Assembly: GCA_958009085.1 (NCBI GenBank)
Contig: OY253669.1
Span: forward strand, 682,001 to 746,000
Reading direction: 5' to 3'
From: Protoeuglena noctilucae
Taxonomy: Eukaryota
DNA: 64,000 bases
Shown here: one piece after another, positions 10,788 through 23,252 of the stretch
How positions within the stretch are numbered: the first letter of the stretch is position 1
Layout of the letters: each line of letters starts with the position of its first letter
Notes under the pieces: model-generated
Databases searched by the model: none
What the model saw: the letters and a program-made list of their open reading frames with translations, nothing else
Told to the model about the DNA's origin: nothing
Position numbers and translations under genes: made by a program

Positions 10788-13700
10788 TCACACGGGCATC
10801 CCACGCTCGCGCATGTCCGCCTCGGCGTCCGCCAGCATCCGGGCGCGCACCTCCCGCGGGTGGTTCTGGTGGTACACATTGCTGCGACTGGCGCGGAATG
10901 CAGCGTACATATCCGAGTCCCCCAGTCCCGCCGCCCCACCCTCCCGCGCCGCCCCCAGGCCCTGCCGGTACCCCGGCGCGTCGCGGCCGGTGGCGATCGG
11001 GGTGAAGATGTACTTTTTGACCTGCGACAACGACAGGAATCGAATTCAAGACGCTCGGCAGGTGCACATGTGCACGGCCAGCGACGCGCACAGCGATGGC
11101 CCCGCATGCGCACAGCGTGTCTGCCACGCGCGCTCCATGTCGCCGGGCACACGCACATGCTTATTGACAACCCCTGCTCCCCGCCGCATCTCGCCTGGGC
11201 TCTCCCTAGGGCCACGTCCCTCAGCACTGGGTCCTCCATTCCCGGCTTGTAGCTCGCCACCTCGGCCATGAACAAATCCAGGCGTGCCTTCAGGTACTTG
11301 TCGTTGAGGATGCGCTCACGGACATCGGCGTCGTCCTGCGGAGTTGCGGAGGCCAGGGAAGCCGTGAGGATGGGGATAGGTGTGTCACAGGGTAGATAGT
11401 AGCAGTCGTGGGATCCCTGACACAGGGCAACGGGGGCAGCGAACAACACGGTTAGGGGCAGGCATGCTTGGTGTGTGACAAGACAGCCAGTGCAGCAGCG
11501 GAAATGTGTGTCGAACAGTCACGCCAGGGACAGGTGCGGGTGGGAGGAGCCAGGGTGTTGAGGGTTCTGCAAGCGAGTTTGCTGCGAAGGGGTCAAAGTT
11601 TAGACAGTTTGGTCAGTACATGCACGCAGCCATGCAGGTGAATGGCGGTGAGAGTCCCTGCAAGCGAGTGAGGAGTGGAGGGAGGGCCGAGACGTGGGGA
11701 CGAGCTGCAAGGATCAAAGCAAGCGGGGTATCATGTGCGCGGGCAGTGTGGACCATGAAACAGGTGTCTGCATCGCAACGGGCTGAGTGGGTGCAGTCGA
11801 GGGTGCGTCATGTGGCAAGGTCGCAGGCTGCGGTGTGCGTGCGGGTCAAGCCAAGCCCGTGTGGCACGGCTGCAGGCGCGGGCACAGTCGAGTCAGCAGA
11901 GATCGTTTGAACCCGCGAGCCACGCCCGGCAACTGCTGTGCGTGCAAAGTGACAGGCGGTTGACCCCTGACCCATGACTCAGTCAAATGCACATCTCCTC
12001 ATCAAAAGCGCTGCCCGGGAGGCAGCCAGGGCCCCTGGGGACCCTGGCCTGAGCCCGCCCAATCCCCAGGCCCGGGCAGGGCGGGGCGGGACGGGGCGCT
12101 GCCAAACGTCGGGGGTTGGGGTGGGGCCGGCGGCGCCCGCTGCGTCTGCTGCGGGCTGCGAGCCTGCAGCCTGGCCGCGGCCTCCTGCCAGCCACGCACC
12201 AGGGCCCTTCTCCTGCCCTCCTCCTCCTCTTGCACGAACTCCATGGGCGTGGCCTCGTAGGGCCGATGCATCTCCAACGCCCTCCGCACGACGCTCGGGA
12301 TGACGCCCGCCGTGCACACCGCCGTCGAGTTGCGGGGTGGGGGCGCCGGGATCGGAGGGCCCTGGGGCCGCGCGGAGACGGGCGCAATCAGCGTAGAGAG
12401 TGGTGCAGTCAACAGAGAGATGAATACCACTCATCTCTCCCTGCATTGCACAGTCTCCACTCACCGCGTGCGGCCCGGGCCCCTCTGGGCCGTGGCCTCC
12501 GTACCCGCCCCACCCCTGCGGCTCCCTGCCGCCATCCCACGGACCCTCCCCGAACCCCGGCCCCTGCGGACCGTGAGGGTGGTCTCCCCAGGGTGCAGGT
12601 CCCGGAGGTGGGCCCCTCGGGGGTGGCATGGGTCGCTGTGCCACCGGCCACTGACCCTCCGGCGGCCCGAGATACGGCCCCGGCGCGGGTTCGGGCGGAG
12701 GCATGCCCGGATCGGGTGCCCGCCCTGCCTGCACGGGCCACTGCGCCTGCAGGGCGGGGTCCGGCAGTGCCGTCTGCCCTCTCTCCTTGGCCTCCCGCTC
12801 CCTCTTGCGCTCCTCCTCCCGGTCCGCCTTGGTCTTCTTAGTCTCCGCGGTAATGCGCGCCGCTAGCTGCGCCGCCACCTCGGCCGCCCGCTGCGCCGCG
12901 TTGACCGTCACGGTCTGCTCCGACATCGAGCGCGCCACGTTGGCGGCCATCTCGGCAGCCTCCGCGGCCGCTGCGGGGGCGACGATGTGCGAGAAGGGTT
13001 CGCATGTCGCATTTCGGGGTCGCGACCTGCGACGCGCACTGTATCCTGCTCCACCCACTGACACCCCGCCCGGCGCCTCTGCACCGCCACTGTGCCTGGG
13101 TCCCTGGTATTGGCTCCGTCGCGCTGGGTGACGTGTTACGCGGCCAGTACCAACATGCCTCACCGATGACGGGGTCGCGCATGCCGTTGTGGAGGTAGTA
13201 CCGAAGGTCCTTGCAGACGGAGTCCGTGAACACGCCCTTCTTCTCCCACAAAGCGAGCAGCTTCTCCAGGCCGTGCTGCGTGGACATGCCCCACTCGACG
13301 CTCCTGCGAAGAGACGGGGGTGAGTACGGTGCATGGGCGCTGCGGAGTTGGCTGGGCGGGCCTGCCGAGTGACTCCGGGGGCTCCCTGTGCCCCCCGCGC
13401 ATCACAGCTCGGGCCTGGTCAGCACAACCCACCTCATCTTCCCCGCGAGCAGCGCCCGGCGCAGGAGGGGCCCCAGCATGGGCCGTATCGCCTGGGCAAT
13501 GGCGTCGGCATCCGGGGGCGTGTTGGGGCCTCGGGTCGACGCACCCTTCACCAAAATGTCGTGGGCCAGGTACGCCAGGTGCATGAGGCCCTCGTTGTCA
13601 CCCACCGACTCGAGCTCCTGCAACATCGCGGCGCAAGCGGGGCTTGCATGAGATCAACCACGGCAACGACATGACCAACACGCCTGCCCTGGAGAGGCAT

Positions 13701-14767
13701 CTGAATCAGCACCCGCCCTCACCGCCGACCGCTCCATTATCTGCAGCGCCATCCCCGCCGCGTGCACCCGGCACTGCATGAACCACTCCTGCGACGCCGT
13801 GATCTGGTCCCGCGTCCCGTTCAGCTGCCGCAGCACGATCCCCCACCGCTCCCGCACTTCCTCGGGGTAACCCTGGGCCGCCTCCGCCAGCGCATCCGCC
13901 GCCGCGTCGTGACCCTGGTCATGCAATGCGGCCCCGGCCGGCCCAGGTGCATGGGGCGCCCCGTATGGCACGCCGTCAGGTCCATACCCCCCCGCCCCGG
14001 CACCGGCCCCCATGGCCATTGGCGGGGCTGGCTGGCCCGGATACGGACTCGACGACATCCCGTGGGGCTGACCGTGCGGATGCAGCGCAGTCATCATCCC
14101 CCCTTGCATGGGCATGGTTTGAGGGGGCGCGGAGTGTGCAGAGTGGGGGTAGCCCCCCGACCAACTCACGGGTGGCGTGACGGAAGTGGACACCCCCGAA
14201 TAGGTAGCAACATCCATGCGCTGCTCGCGGGGGGGCGGCGGGACGTATGGGGCGCCGTACGCGGGCCCAGGGTCTGACGGGGGCGGCGTGGGCCGCAGGG
14301 GTGCCATGTGGCCGGGGAAAGCCCCGGGCTGCGTAGCAGACCCCACGAAGGACTGCTGCGTTACATAGAGATGTCCCTGCGACGCCGGCGCGTGCACGGG
14401 CGCTGCGGCGTAGCCCTGGCTGTAGTTTGTCGGGCTTGGAGCTGCTGCCATGCCCAGTCCCTGGCCGACGTACGCCACGAACGCCCCCGGGAGGGGACCC
14501 GCTGGCGCATAAGCGGAATCGCTGGTCGACGGGGCCGTCATCGGCGCGGCGCGCGGCATCGGGACGTCACCGGGCCCTCGATCGAATCGGGAGCGGGAAC
14601 GCTTGGGCTGAGACCCCTGCGGTGCGCGAGAAAGGGTGCCGTGACGAGATTGGTTGCCAAGGGTGACGACGCGAACGCTGGAAAGCTTAATGGCTCGGTG
14701 TGTTGGCAACGCTCACCTCCGGAGGAGGGACCTCCCCTGGGTAGGGATGTTGGCCGAACTGGGACAT
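10788..14767 (-). CDS. CHERP-like U2 snRNP-associated splicing factor (Pro-rich N-terminus, CID domain, CHERP-type C-terminal motifs)
   Basis: MSQFGQHPYPGEVPPPE|GSQPKRSRSRFD. CID-like LNGTRDQITASQEWFM...HLAYLAHDILVK...LEKLLALWEKKGVF. CTAGVIPSVV...PYE motif. After an 864-nt intron come YLKARLDLF and GLG...DMYAAFRASRS, resembling the CHERP C-terminus. Joining the two halves is an inference. Confidence 0.68.
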
Positions 14768-15332
14768 GGCGGGGCCGTCCGGAAGCCCCTGGCGACGCCA
14801 AGTTGTCGCCTCGGCCTCCCCGATCCAAGCCACGCCGGGACCGGCTCAGGCGTGCGCTGCCTGGGAGCACGCCCACTGGGAGTTTCCATGATGAGCACGG
14901 CCGTGCTCGACAGCCGGGCCGCCAGGTAGCTCTCCAGGCAATCAGACTTACCACCCAGCAACGCCGTGATGTGCTGTCTGCGATCGAAGGCAGCCTCAGA
15001 AAGCGAAGCGTGAGGAGCGTAGCCTCAGGAAGCGAAAGCCCCAGGATTCCCTTGCCACGGTGCGCGTGTTCTAACCAATCTCACGTCAGGTCTTCGAAGA
15101 AGCAGTCCACTGGGTCATCGTCACAGGATGCCGGAAAACATCCGATTTGGCAAGAATTACCGAGTTCTTTTCGCACGCTTCGGTCCGCGCCGTTCATTGT
15201 GACTAGCGGAGGCTGCGGGCGTCGCGACAATCGGTCCAGGGTGCTTTTTCAGCGTCGGACTGGGGCACCGTGAACACAGGGGGCGCTCTCGCGCGATCTT
15301 CCCCGCGGCGGGGCGGGTAGGGGCTGGGAGCC
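14768..15332. promoter_or_regulatory. Putative bidirectional promoter between the CHERP-like gene and U2B''
   Basis: 565 nt between divergent start codons, locally less GC-rich, with CCAAT next to TCACGTCA at about 15076-15088. Confidence 0.45.
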
Positions 15333-16612
15333 ATGTCCGCGGGAGATGTTCCGCCGAACCAGACCATCTATGTCAGCAATCTCCCCGAGAAGCTGAAGAA
15401 GGAAGGTGGGATGCTTGCCGCCGGCCCGACGGGGACCCCGCTGGCGTGCTGCGGGCCCCAGCGGGCCTCTCGTCCAGCTGCGTCGCGTGCATTGCTGTCG
15501 TCGCTTGCGTGGATGCCGCTAAATGCCAAAAGGGCGCGGCTGCGGCGCGGAGGGAGCCTCGACTTGCCGCCTGGGACACAAGCGCACCCCGGGCGCATCC
15601 CCACGCCTCCCGCGCGCCCAGAGCGCACGTGTCGCACGATGGGCTCCTTGTTCGTCGATCGCCCGACTGGCCATGCCTGCTGTCGCTCCCGCAGACTTGA
15701 AGAAGGCGTTGTACGCCGTGTTCGGGCAGTTCGGCCGGATCCTCGACATCGTGGCGCTCAAGACCTTCCGACTGCGGGGACAAGCATGGATTGTGTTTGC
15801 GGATGTGACGAGCGCAACGAACGCGCTGAGGTGAAGCCCTTGGCTGGCTTTCGCAGAATGCGTAGGGCCCAAAGTGAGCGATGGGATCGTGCCGGACGCG
15901 CGATGGACCCGCGACACATTCTGCTCGCAGGGCCATGCAAGCCTTCCCTTTCTTCGAGAAGCCCATGCGGCTGCAGTACGCCGTGGGCAAGTCGGACGCC
16001 GTGGCCAAGCTGGACGGCTCGTACAAGCCGAGGGACAAGGCTGCCGCGCAGGAGCATAACAAGGAGGAGCGGGAGAAGCTGAAGGTGTGGGATGCAGGGC
16101 GCTGCAGGGCCCGGCAGGTCCTGCTGTGGATGGGGTCGTGCGGCAACACAACTCTGGGGGGCCCGCTTTGCAGGATCGGAAGCAGAAGTTCCTGGAGGAG
16201 CACAAGCGGAAGCTGGACCAGCAGGCGGCGGAGCAGCGGGAGGCGGCGGCTCGCTTCGAAGAGCAGCGGCGGCAGGAGATGGAGGAGAACATCCCCAACA
16301 AGACGCTCTTCGTCAAGAACCTGCCCCACTCGACGACGGGCGGCATGCTCAAGATGCTTTTCGAGCAGTTCCCGGGCTTCGTGGAGGTCCGCATGATCGA
16401 GCAGAAGCCTGGCATTGGTGCGAGCGCACCGCGATGCCTGGCGTGTGGCGCACGCTCGGGAGCGGGGGGCACGCGAGCCACGGGTGTCGTCCTTGCGCGC
16501 AGCGTTCGTCGATTTCGAGGACGAGGGCAAGGCCGCGGTGGCGAGGGCGGGGCTGCAGGACTTCAAGATCAGCGAGGGGCACAACATGCAGATTGCGTTC
16601 GCCAAGCGCTGA
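15333..16612 (+). CDS. SNRPB2: U2B''/U1A spliceosomal two-RRM protein (RRM1 loop is U2B''-like)
   Basis: [77 protein letters not shown]2 [11 protein letters not shown]...[15 protein letters not shown]...MQIAFAKR*. Four GT-AG introns. Confidence 0.92.
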
Positions 16613-16784
16613 TGCTGATGCCCGCACGGCGCGGCGTCACGTTGTCAGCCGGCCGCCGCCTGCCGATTCTATGCGTCTGCCGTTGAAATGTGCAGGGACT
16701 CGACGACGGCTGCTTCCGGCAGCCGGCCTCGGTAGAACGTCCGTCATGCTGCGGGTGTGCCCCAGCAGACACACCTTCTCAGTC

Positions 16785-17376
16785 TCAGTTGAGCTGCTCC
16801 ACCGTGTACTTAAAAGGAGAGACCCAGCTCGTGCTCGTGGCCTCCTCCTTCCTGCCGTTGCCCATGCTCTTGCGACCCATCTGGGAGCGCGGGCACGGGA
16901 GGGGTGGATGGGCGAGGGGCGCGCGCGGTGTCGGCAGATCAACCAAGGACGCGCCGATTCGAGCTCAGCGAGACCTAACGTATGCTGCCGGGGTTTCTCT
17001 GGGGCTGTAAGCATTCAGCAACAGGCCACTGGTGGGCCTGCCCTGCCAAGACAAGCCCGGGACGACGGATGGTGACGTGACAGCGCGCCACATGCCACGC
17101 TCACCTTCTTGGAAAACCGGCGAGCAGCCTCCCGGTTGCGCATCCGCTTCTCCTTCTTCGCGTTCCGACGCTTGGCCATGGCCACCACCTGCAGCAGGGG
17201 CCCGAGCCGCGTTCACGGGCGCCTGACCACTCGTTTCTACCTCCACACTACGAAGACAGTGTATAAGGGGCGGGGCGACGCACCTCGACGCGCCCGGCGG
17301 CCGCGACGCACGGAGCGGCCATGACCATCCCCGCCACCAGCGGACGCGGCGCCACCGTCGCGACCAGCCCGGTCAT
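16785..17376 (-). CDS. Small basic protein with a putative chloroplast transit peptide, function unknown
   Basis: Three in-phase GT-AG-joined exons: MTGLVATVAPRPLVAGMVMAAPCVAAAGRVE|VVAMAKRRNAKKEKRMRNREAARRFSKK|MGRKSMGNGRKEEATSTSWVSPFKYTVEQLN*. An upstream exon near 17505-17535 is possible. Not present as such in the ORF track. Confidence 0.65.
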
Positions 17377-17968
17377 CCCCACGACAGCTGCAAGGGAAGA
17401 CCGCGGTTTGAGGTTCGAAGCCGCGTGGGGGGCACGGCGACAGCCAAGCCCAGCAACCCTGCCCTCGGCGCCCCAGCAGCGCTCCCGGCCTGCCAGAGGC
17501 CCAACCGAACTGTCCATCGTCGCTACAGAGCATACACAAGTGCGGATGGCCGCAAGGCGAACACAGTCGAGGCGTACCCGCCCCGGCCTGGATGGATGAA
17601 CGTGACGCCTGGCCGAAGGACGGATGCGTGGGCCTTCTGACGATACGACGGACCCGCACAGTATCCGGTGCTTCCACATATGCTACCGTTGGCAGCAAAT
17701 CCCTCCAGCGCCTCACCTGCGGCCATCGTCCTCCCGCCGGCAGCCAAACACGCAACGAAGGGTGTGGAACAGACGGTTTTCCTGACCGGCTCACTCGTTT
17801 GAGATTACTCGTCGCGAAACTGCAGGAAGCGCGCCGGAGAGGCGAGGCTCGGGATGCATCGCACTGGCGGTGTCACCGCTCGTAATCTAAGCTGCGTGTG
17901 CCCGGGCGCGTGAAGACCACCCGGGCGGCCACGGTCGCGTTCCTTTTCGTTTCCGCGAGTGAGAGACC

Positions 17969-19238
17969 ATGGGTGAGTTCCGGCTCGGCTGCGCGGCCGC
18001 GTTCCGTGGGGTCGGGCCGAAGCCCGCCGCGGGGCGGTCGCGGTGGGCCAGATGTCCCCCGCGTCTGGTCCCCCGTGCCCTCTCGCCGTGGGTGTCGGCC
18101 CTGGGGGCCACGCCGAGCCGTCGTGTCGCTGCACGACGCGCGTCCGTGCCCGTGCCAGCCCCGCGCGGCCCGCGCTGCCCCCCGGCTGCCCTTTACAAAG
18201 CGCGTTTCTCACTCCCGCCCGGAGGAGCGGGCGGCTTGAGCGCTCGGTCTTGGGAGCCCCTCCTGCCCCTCCCCCGGGCGCCCCAGGCCATCCGGCGGCA
18301 CGAACGCCTTGCATTCGCTCGCGTGCAGGGATCACTCGCTCGGGGCTGCACAAGCGGCGCGCCACGGGCGGCAGGCGCCCGCACTGGAGGAAGGCGAAGA
18401 AGTACGAGCTGGGCCGTCAGCCCGCCAACACCAAGCTCTCCTCCAACGTGTCGGTGCGCCCCCTTCGCGTGCGGGGTGGCAACAGGAAGTTCCGGGCGCT
18501 GCGCCTGGACTCGGGGAACTTCTCCTGGGGCTCGGAGGCTGTGACGCGCAAGACGCGCATCCTGGACGTCGTGTACAACGCCTCCAACAACGAGCTGGTC
18601 CGCACGAAGACCATCGTGAAGAACGCGATCGTCGCGGTCGATGCCACGCCGTTCAAGCAGTACTACCTGCAGGCAAGCGCGCGGGCCTGCGGCTGCTGCA
18701 GACAGGCGCGCCCGGCGCCGGCCGCGGCGCAGCCCCCGTCGGATCCGTGCCGCCTTTCGCTCCGTGAGCCGTCCGTGTGCCGCCTCGCGACCGCAGCACC
18801 GCGGCATCGAGCTGGGGAAGAAGTCGGAGGGGGAGCCGCCCAAGCGGTCCAACGCGGTGCAGCGCAAGATCAAGGAGCGCAACGTCGGCCACAAGCTGGA
18901 CGAGCAGCTGGGGCACCAGTTCGACGTCGGCCGCCTTTTCGCGTGCATCTCGTCGCGGCCGGGGCAGGTGCGTCGCTGGGGCATGGGATCTCTTCCAGCG
19001 TGTCCATGCCGCGGCCTCGCATTGCGGCTTCGAGGAGACAGTGGAGGCGTGCGGCTTGCGTCCCCGTCGCCCCTCCGCGCGCTCGGAAGGTCGTGACGCG
19101 CGACCGCGCAATGCGGGGGCCACCCTGTGAAGCTTGTGCTGCCCGCAGTGCGGCCGTGCGGACGGGTACATCCTAGAGGGGGCTGAGCTGGCCTTCTACC
19201 TGAAGAAGATGCAGAAGAAGAAGGGAAAGTCGGCCTAA
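17969..19238 (+). CDS. RPS8: 40S ribosomal protein S8 (eS8)
   Basis: ATG-G micro first exon, then [15 protein letters not shown]...[12 protein letters not shown]...[24 protein letters not shown]...[36 protein letters not shown]. Intron 2 has a GC donor at 18673. Confidence 0.97.
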
Positions 19239-19770
19239 TTGCCCCGCTGGCTGGGGTCTGGGTCGGGGTTATGGCTAGTGGTGGGGGAGCCGGGCACCCG
19301 GGGCTTGACTCGTGCCGGCGCCTTACACAGGATGGCGTCAGGCAGCCCGGCTGCATTTGGCTAGATGCCGAGCGTGGGGCAGGCATCGTGCCCTGGTTGA
19401 AAGGGAAAGCAAATGTCGTGGTTTGTGGCGCAGCCTCAGGCGTGCGCATGGGACCAGGCAGCTTGCAGGGTTGGTGTGGCGCAGGAGGAGCCGGATCCTG
19501 TCGGGCCTGAGCAGACTGGCAGAACGGACTGGCAGCGGCCCGATGGAACCCGCCCTCGGCCCGGCATTCTCCTGCATTCTGCATGCGCCACGCGTCTAGG
19601 TGGAGCGACCGGGTGGGCCAGACGGACGCCAGAGGGCGGGCGTGGAAGGGGCAAACCGCGTTTATTTTCTGCGCAGCGACAGCTCGGCAGCGCGCGCCCG
19701 TATCCCGCGCCTGGCAGGCGCCCCTGCACGTGCTTTCGCTACCAGCGCGCGTCCTCAATGCGCGGAGGCC

Positions 19771-20746
19771 ATGGGCCTCATCTCGATCATCAAGAAGGTC
19801 AAGGCAAAGGAAAAGGAGATGCGGCTCCTCATGGTCGGCCTGGACAACGCTGGGAAGGCGAGGAGCGGCGTTGGAGCCTCATCTAGGCAATACACACATT
19901 GGCGGCTGCGGAAAATGCTCATTCCCGCCTGTTCGGCTACTTGCAGACCACCATCGTCAAGCGCATCAACGGGGAGGACATTTCAACCATCTCCCCCACG
20001 CTGGGCTTCAGCATTAAGGTACCTGCACGATGTTTGTCTCGTGGTAGGCACTGTCCGGTGTTCCCGACCCTCCCAGTGCCGCGTACCGCTCGCACGGGCC
20101 ACAAGCCAGGTCTGGATGCTCCGCAGACCATGCAATACAAGGCGTACCGGCTCAACATCTGGGACGTGGGGGGGCAGAAGACCCTGCGGTCATACTGGCG
20201 CAACTACTACGAGCAGACGGACGGGCTCGTGTGGGTGGTGGACAGCTCCGACACCCGCCGGCTTGCCGACTGCGCTGCCGAGCTAGCCAAGCTTCTCCAG
20301 GTGACACTGCAGGACTCTCGAGCATATCCGGTGCACCAGGCCTCTTGCGCGCTGATTCTCGGCCAGGGGCTCAGACGGGTGCGAGGGAGCAGCAACGCGT
20401 TGCGGGTGCACCATGCGGGAAGCACCGTAACCTTTGCGCCCGCAGGAGGAGAAGCTGGCAGGGGCGACCCTGCTGGTGTTTGCGAACAAGCAGGACCTGC
20501 CTGGGTCGCTGACGTGCGAGGAGATTCGTGACGTGATGGCTTTGGACAAGCTGGCGGGACGGCACTGGAAGGTGGGCGGACCTGCGTGGTGCAAGCTCGT
20601 GGCGTGTGCGGGGAGCAGCAAGGCGAACGGCAGCTTCTCTTGATGCGCAGATCGTGCCGTGCTCTGCTGTGACGGGCGAGGGCCTCCTGGAGGGCTTTGA
20701 TTGGATCGTCGGGGACATCGGCAGCCGCATCTACTTGCTAGAATGA
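19771..20746 (+). CDS. ARL2: ADP-ribosylation factor-like GTPase 2
   Basis: [104 protein letters not shown]. The GC donor at 19858 splits the P-loop. Confidence 0.96.
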
Positions 20747-20928
20747 GGACAAGCGCGATGCTCGTCAAGTTCACGCTCACGCCGTAGCCTTCCACTCCTA
20801 TCTAACACCAGTGTCACGACAACGATTCAAATGGCTAACGCAGGCTGTGCTGCGTGACTGCCCTGTGCATGTTGAACATCCGCAACAAGCGCGTTGCGGC
20901 ACGCAGCGCTTCTGTGAGACGAGCCAGG

Positions 20929-22668
20929 TCATCCCGCGTCCCCGATCCCCGCGGGTACCATTGGCCGCCCGTGGCCCCGCACCCCTCGCGGCGTGCTGAT
21001 CCCCGGAATCCCCGCCATCCGAGCCAGCTCCTGCCTCTGCGGAAAGAGTGCAAGGCCCTGTCACGTCCCACGTCCGCTAGATACCGTGTCCCGCCTGCCA
21101 CGCCCCACACTTACCTCGGCCGTGGTCCCACCGCCCCTCTGCCCCACGTCCTCCCTCGCCGTCTGCAACCGAAGCAACCGCTCCAGCTGCTGCACCCCCG
21201 CCCCCGTGGGCATGCCCGACCCTCTCTGCAGGTACACCACCGCGCCTTTGCACGCCCCGTTGCCCGTCGTCACGAGCTTGAGGCCGTAAATGGCCGACAT
21301 TTGCTTCACCGCCGTCATCTCGTCCCGCCCCATCTGCGGGGGGCCACGAGCTAACTTACATCACGCATGTGTCGACATGAGAGCGCAGAGCTCCCTCGTG
21401 ATCTCTGCTGCTCCCTGCCGCTCCCTGCCAGCGCCTCACCGGTCCCAGCGTGCGCATCTCGGTCCCATCCGCCACCATGCTCTCAAACTCCTCCTTGACG
21501 CCCGCCAAGTCGAACCCCTGCCGCGCCGCCCTCGCGGCCCGCTTGGCCTTGATCGCCTCCCGCCGGAGCTTCTTCTTCTCGCCCGGCAGGAGCGGACGGT
21601 CATCAGCATCCGCGGCGCGGGCCCGCACACCCTGGCCTTCCGCCATCTGCACGCGGCCCATAAGCCAGCCTCTCGCTTGCCAGATGGCGCAGCGGGCTGC
21701 CATGCGCTTCCCGACAGCACGTCACCTCGACGTCGTGATCCTCGAGGCCCCGACCCCCGGTCGTGATGGTGCGCTTGCGCCGAGTGCGCTTGGGCTTGAC
21801 TGCAAGGGCACAGGTGGGAAGGAAACACAGCGTCATGATGCGCACGCAGCCCCTTGTCCACGCCAGGGGCGTGCCGGGCCGCACACGCACCGACGTTGCA
21901 GGCGTCCACTTGGGCGTTGGCGTCGCGCAAGACGGCGGAGAGTAGATCCACTTCCACCTGCGCCGCCGCTGCTGCATCGCCGCCGGGACGCCCGCGCGCG
22001 GGCACGACCCGAGAAGCACCCCGCCACGTCCCTGCCGGCTGCCCCTCTCGCGCGGTGAAGCTCGTGTCGGAATCGCTACCAGTGAGCGACGCAGACGACT
22101 CGCTGCCGCTCCGGTCCCCTCCCACGCTCCTCCGCAGGGATAACGCTTCGCTGCTGCTGCTGGTGCTGCTGCCCATGCTCAGCTTCTCCACTGCGTCGAT
22201 GACGGTTAGCACGTGTGAGGCCAATCCCGATGCGCGTGACCCCCATAGGGTCTGGTAACACCACCGAAATGCCTCGCCGTCCCTATCCTCACCTTCCACG
22301 CCACCCATGCTGCGCCGCATGCGCTTCTCGCCACACTCCCGGCTGACGGGCCTTGTCCAGCCCCCGAGCACGCTCGGGTCGATCTCGGGGCCCGACATGC
22401 GCGTCGCCTCCTTTTTGCTGTTCGACCTCCGCCGTCGGCTATGCCTGCGGCGGTCGCCGGACCCCAGGGACGGGTGGGAGCCTCCAGGAACCTCGAGCTG
22501 CGCACGGCTCGTGGTCGTCGAGTCCGTGGTGGAGCTGAGGTTCAGCTGCTCGACGAGTTGACCCACATGAGCCACGCGGCCCTTCTTGCGCGCAGGGGGA
22601 GCCACTTCGCTGTCGGCAGGGCCCTCTCGCCACGGGTCAGCGCTCTGGGGGCGAGGAAGGAATTGCAT
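20929..22668 (-). CDS. R3H-like domain protein (resembles the R3H region of G-patch/R3H proteins)
   Basis: Exons give LLPGEKKKLRREAIKAKRAAR...GFDLAGVKEEFESMVADG...LGP|MGRDEMTAVKQMSAIYGLKLVTTGNG...VVYLQR (degenerate R3H). The N-terminus is low-complexity and the start is uncertain. Confidence 0.55.
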
Positions 22669-23252
22669 GCGCTGCAATGGCGCATTGTCACGCAGTATCC
22701 GTCGACGATAGCATTGCAAGCACAGCTTGCGCGACGTTGGGGCGGTCGAGAGGTCAACGAGGGGTCCCGGAGGGCAGCGCTGACCTTCATTCAATTTATT
22801 TCGCGTGTTACATCTGAGGGGGGCTCGCAGGTGCTCCCGGGTTGGCCTCCATCCCCGACAGTCCTCCGTTGTGGATGCGGTGTCGAGCGACGGCGCTTCA
22901 GGACGTGGCATTCGTACAGGGAAACGGTGCACGACCGCGTCGATCCTTTTCAGCCCGCCTGCGCGTCGCGGGGCCGTCGATTCCGTAGGTGGAAGCAAAG
23001 ATGCTCGGCGTCGGCGCTGCAGCGGCCTGCCCCGAGGCGTGCCCTCGGTCGCGACCGGGAAGCGCGAGGGGAGAGGGCCTAGCGATCCGGCCCTGGGCGC
23101 GTCGAAGTTGGTTGTCAGATCAGGAGCGATGGCGCCGTTCGCATCGGCCATCGGCGCGGGTGGGGGCGGAAAGCTCGGCAACAACTTCAGCTGGCGTCCG
23201 GGGTGAGTGCGATCCGCGCGAGCTCGCCGTCGCGTGCGTCTTCGTCGCTCAT

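Noticed and set aside
11974..12010. Box C/D-like TGATGA...CTGA on the minus strand in the CHERP intron
   Set aside because: The boxes are only about 16 nt apart, too short for a snoRNA, and overlap the read-through stop codon.
17400..17430. GGTTCGAA T-loop-like motif suggesting a tRNA
   Set aside because: No cloverleaf, D-arm or acceptor stem can be formed, and it lies within an intron of the opposite-strand gene.
17973..18328. Intronic snoRNA in the long first intron of RPS8
   Set aside because: No box C/D pair or convincing H/ACA layout was seen.
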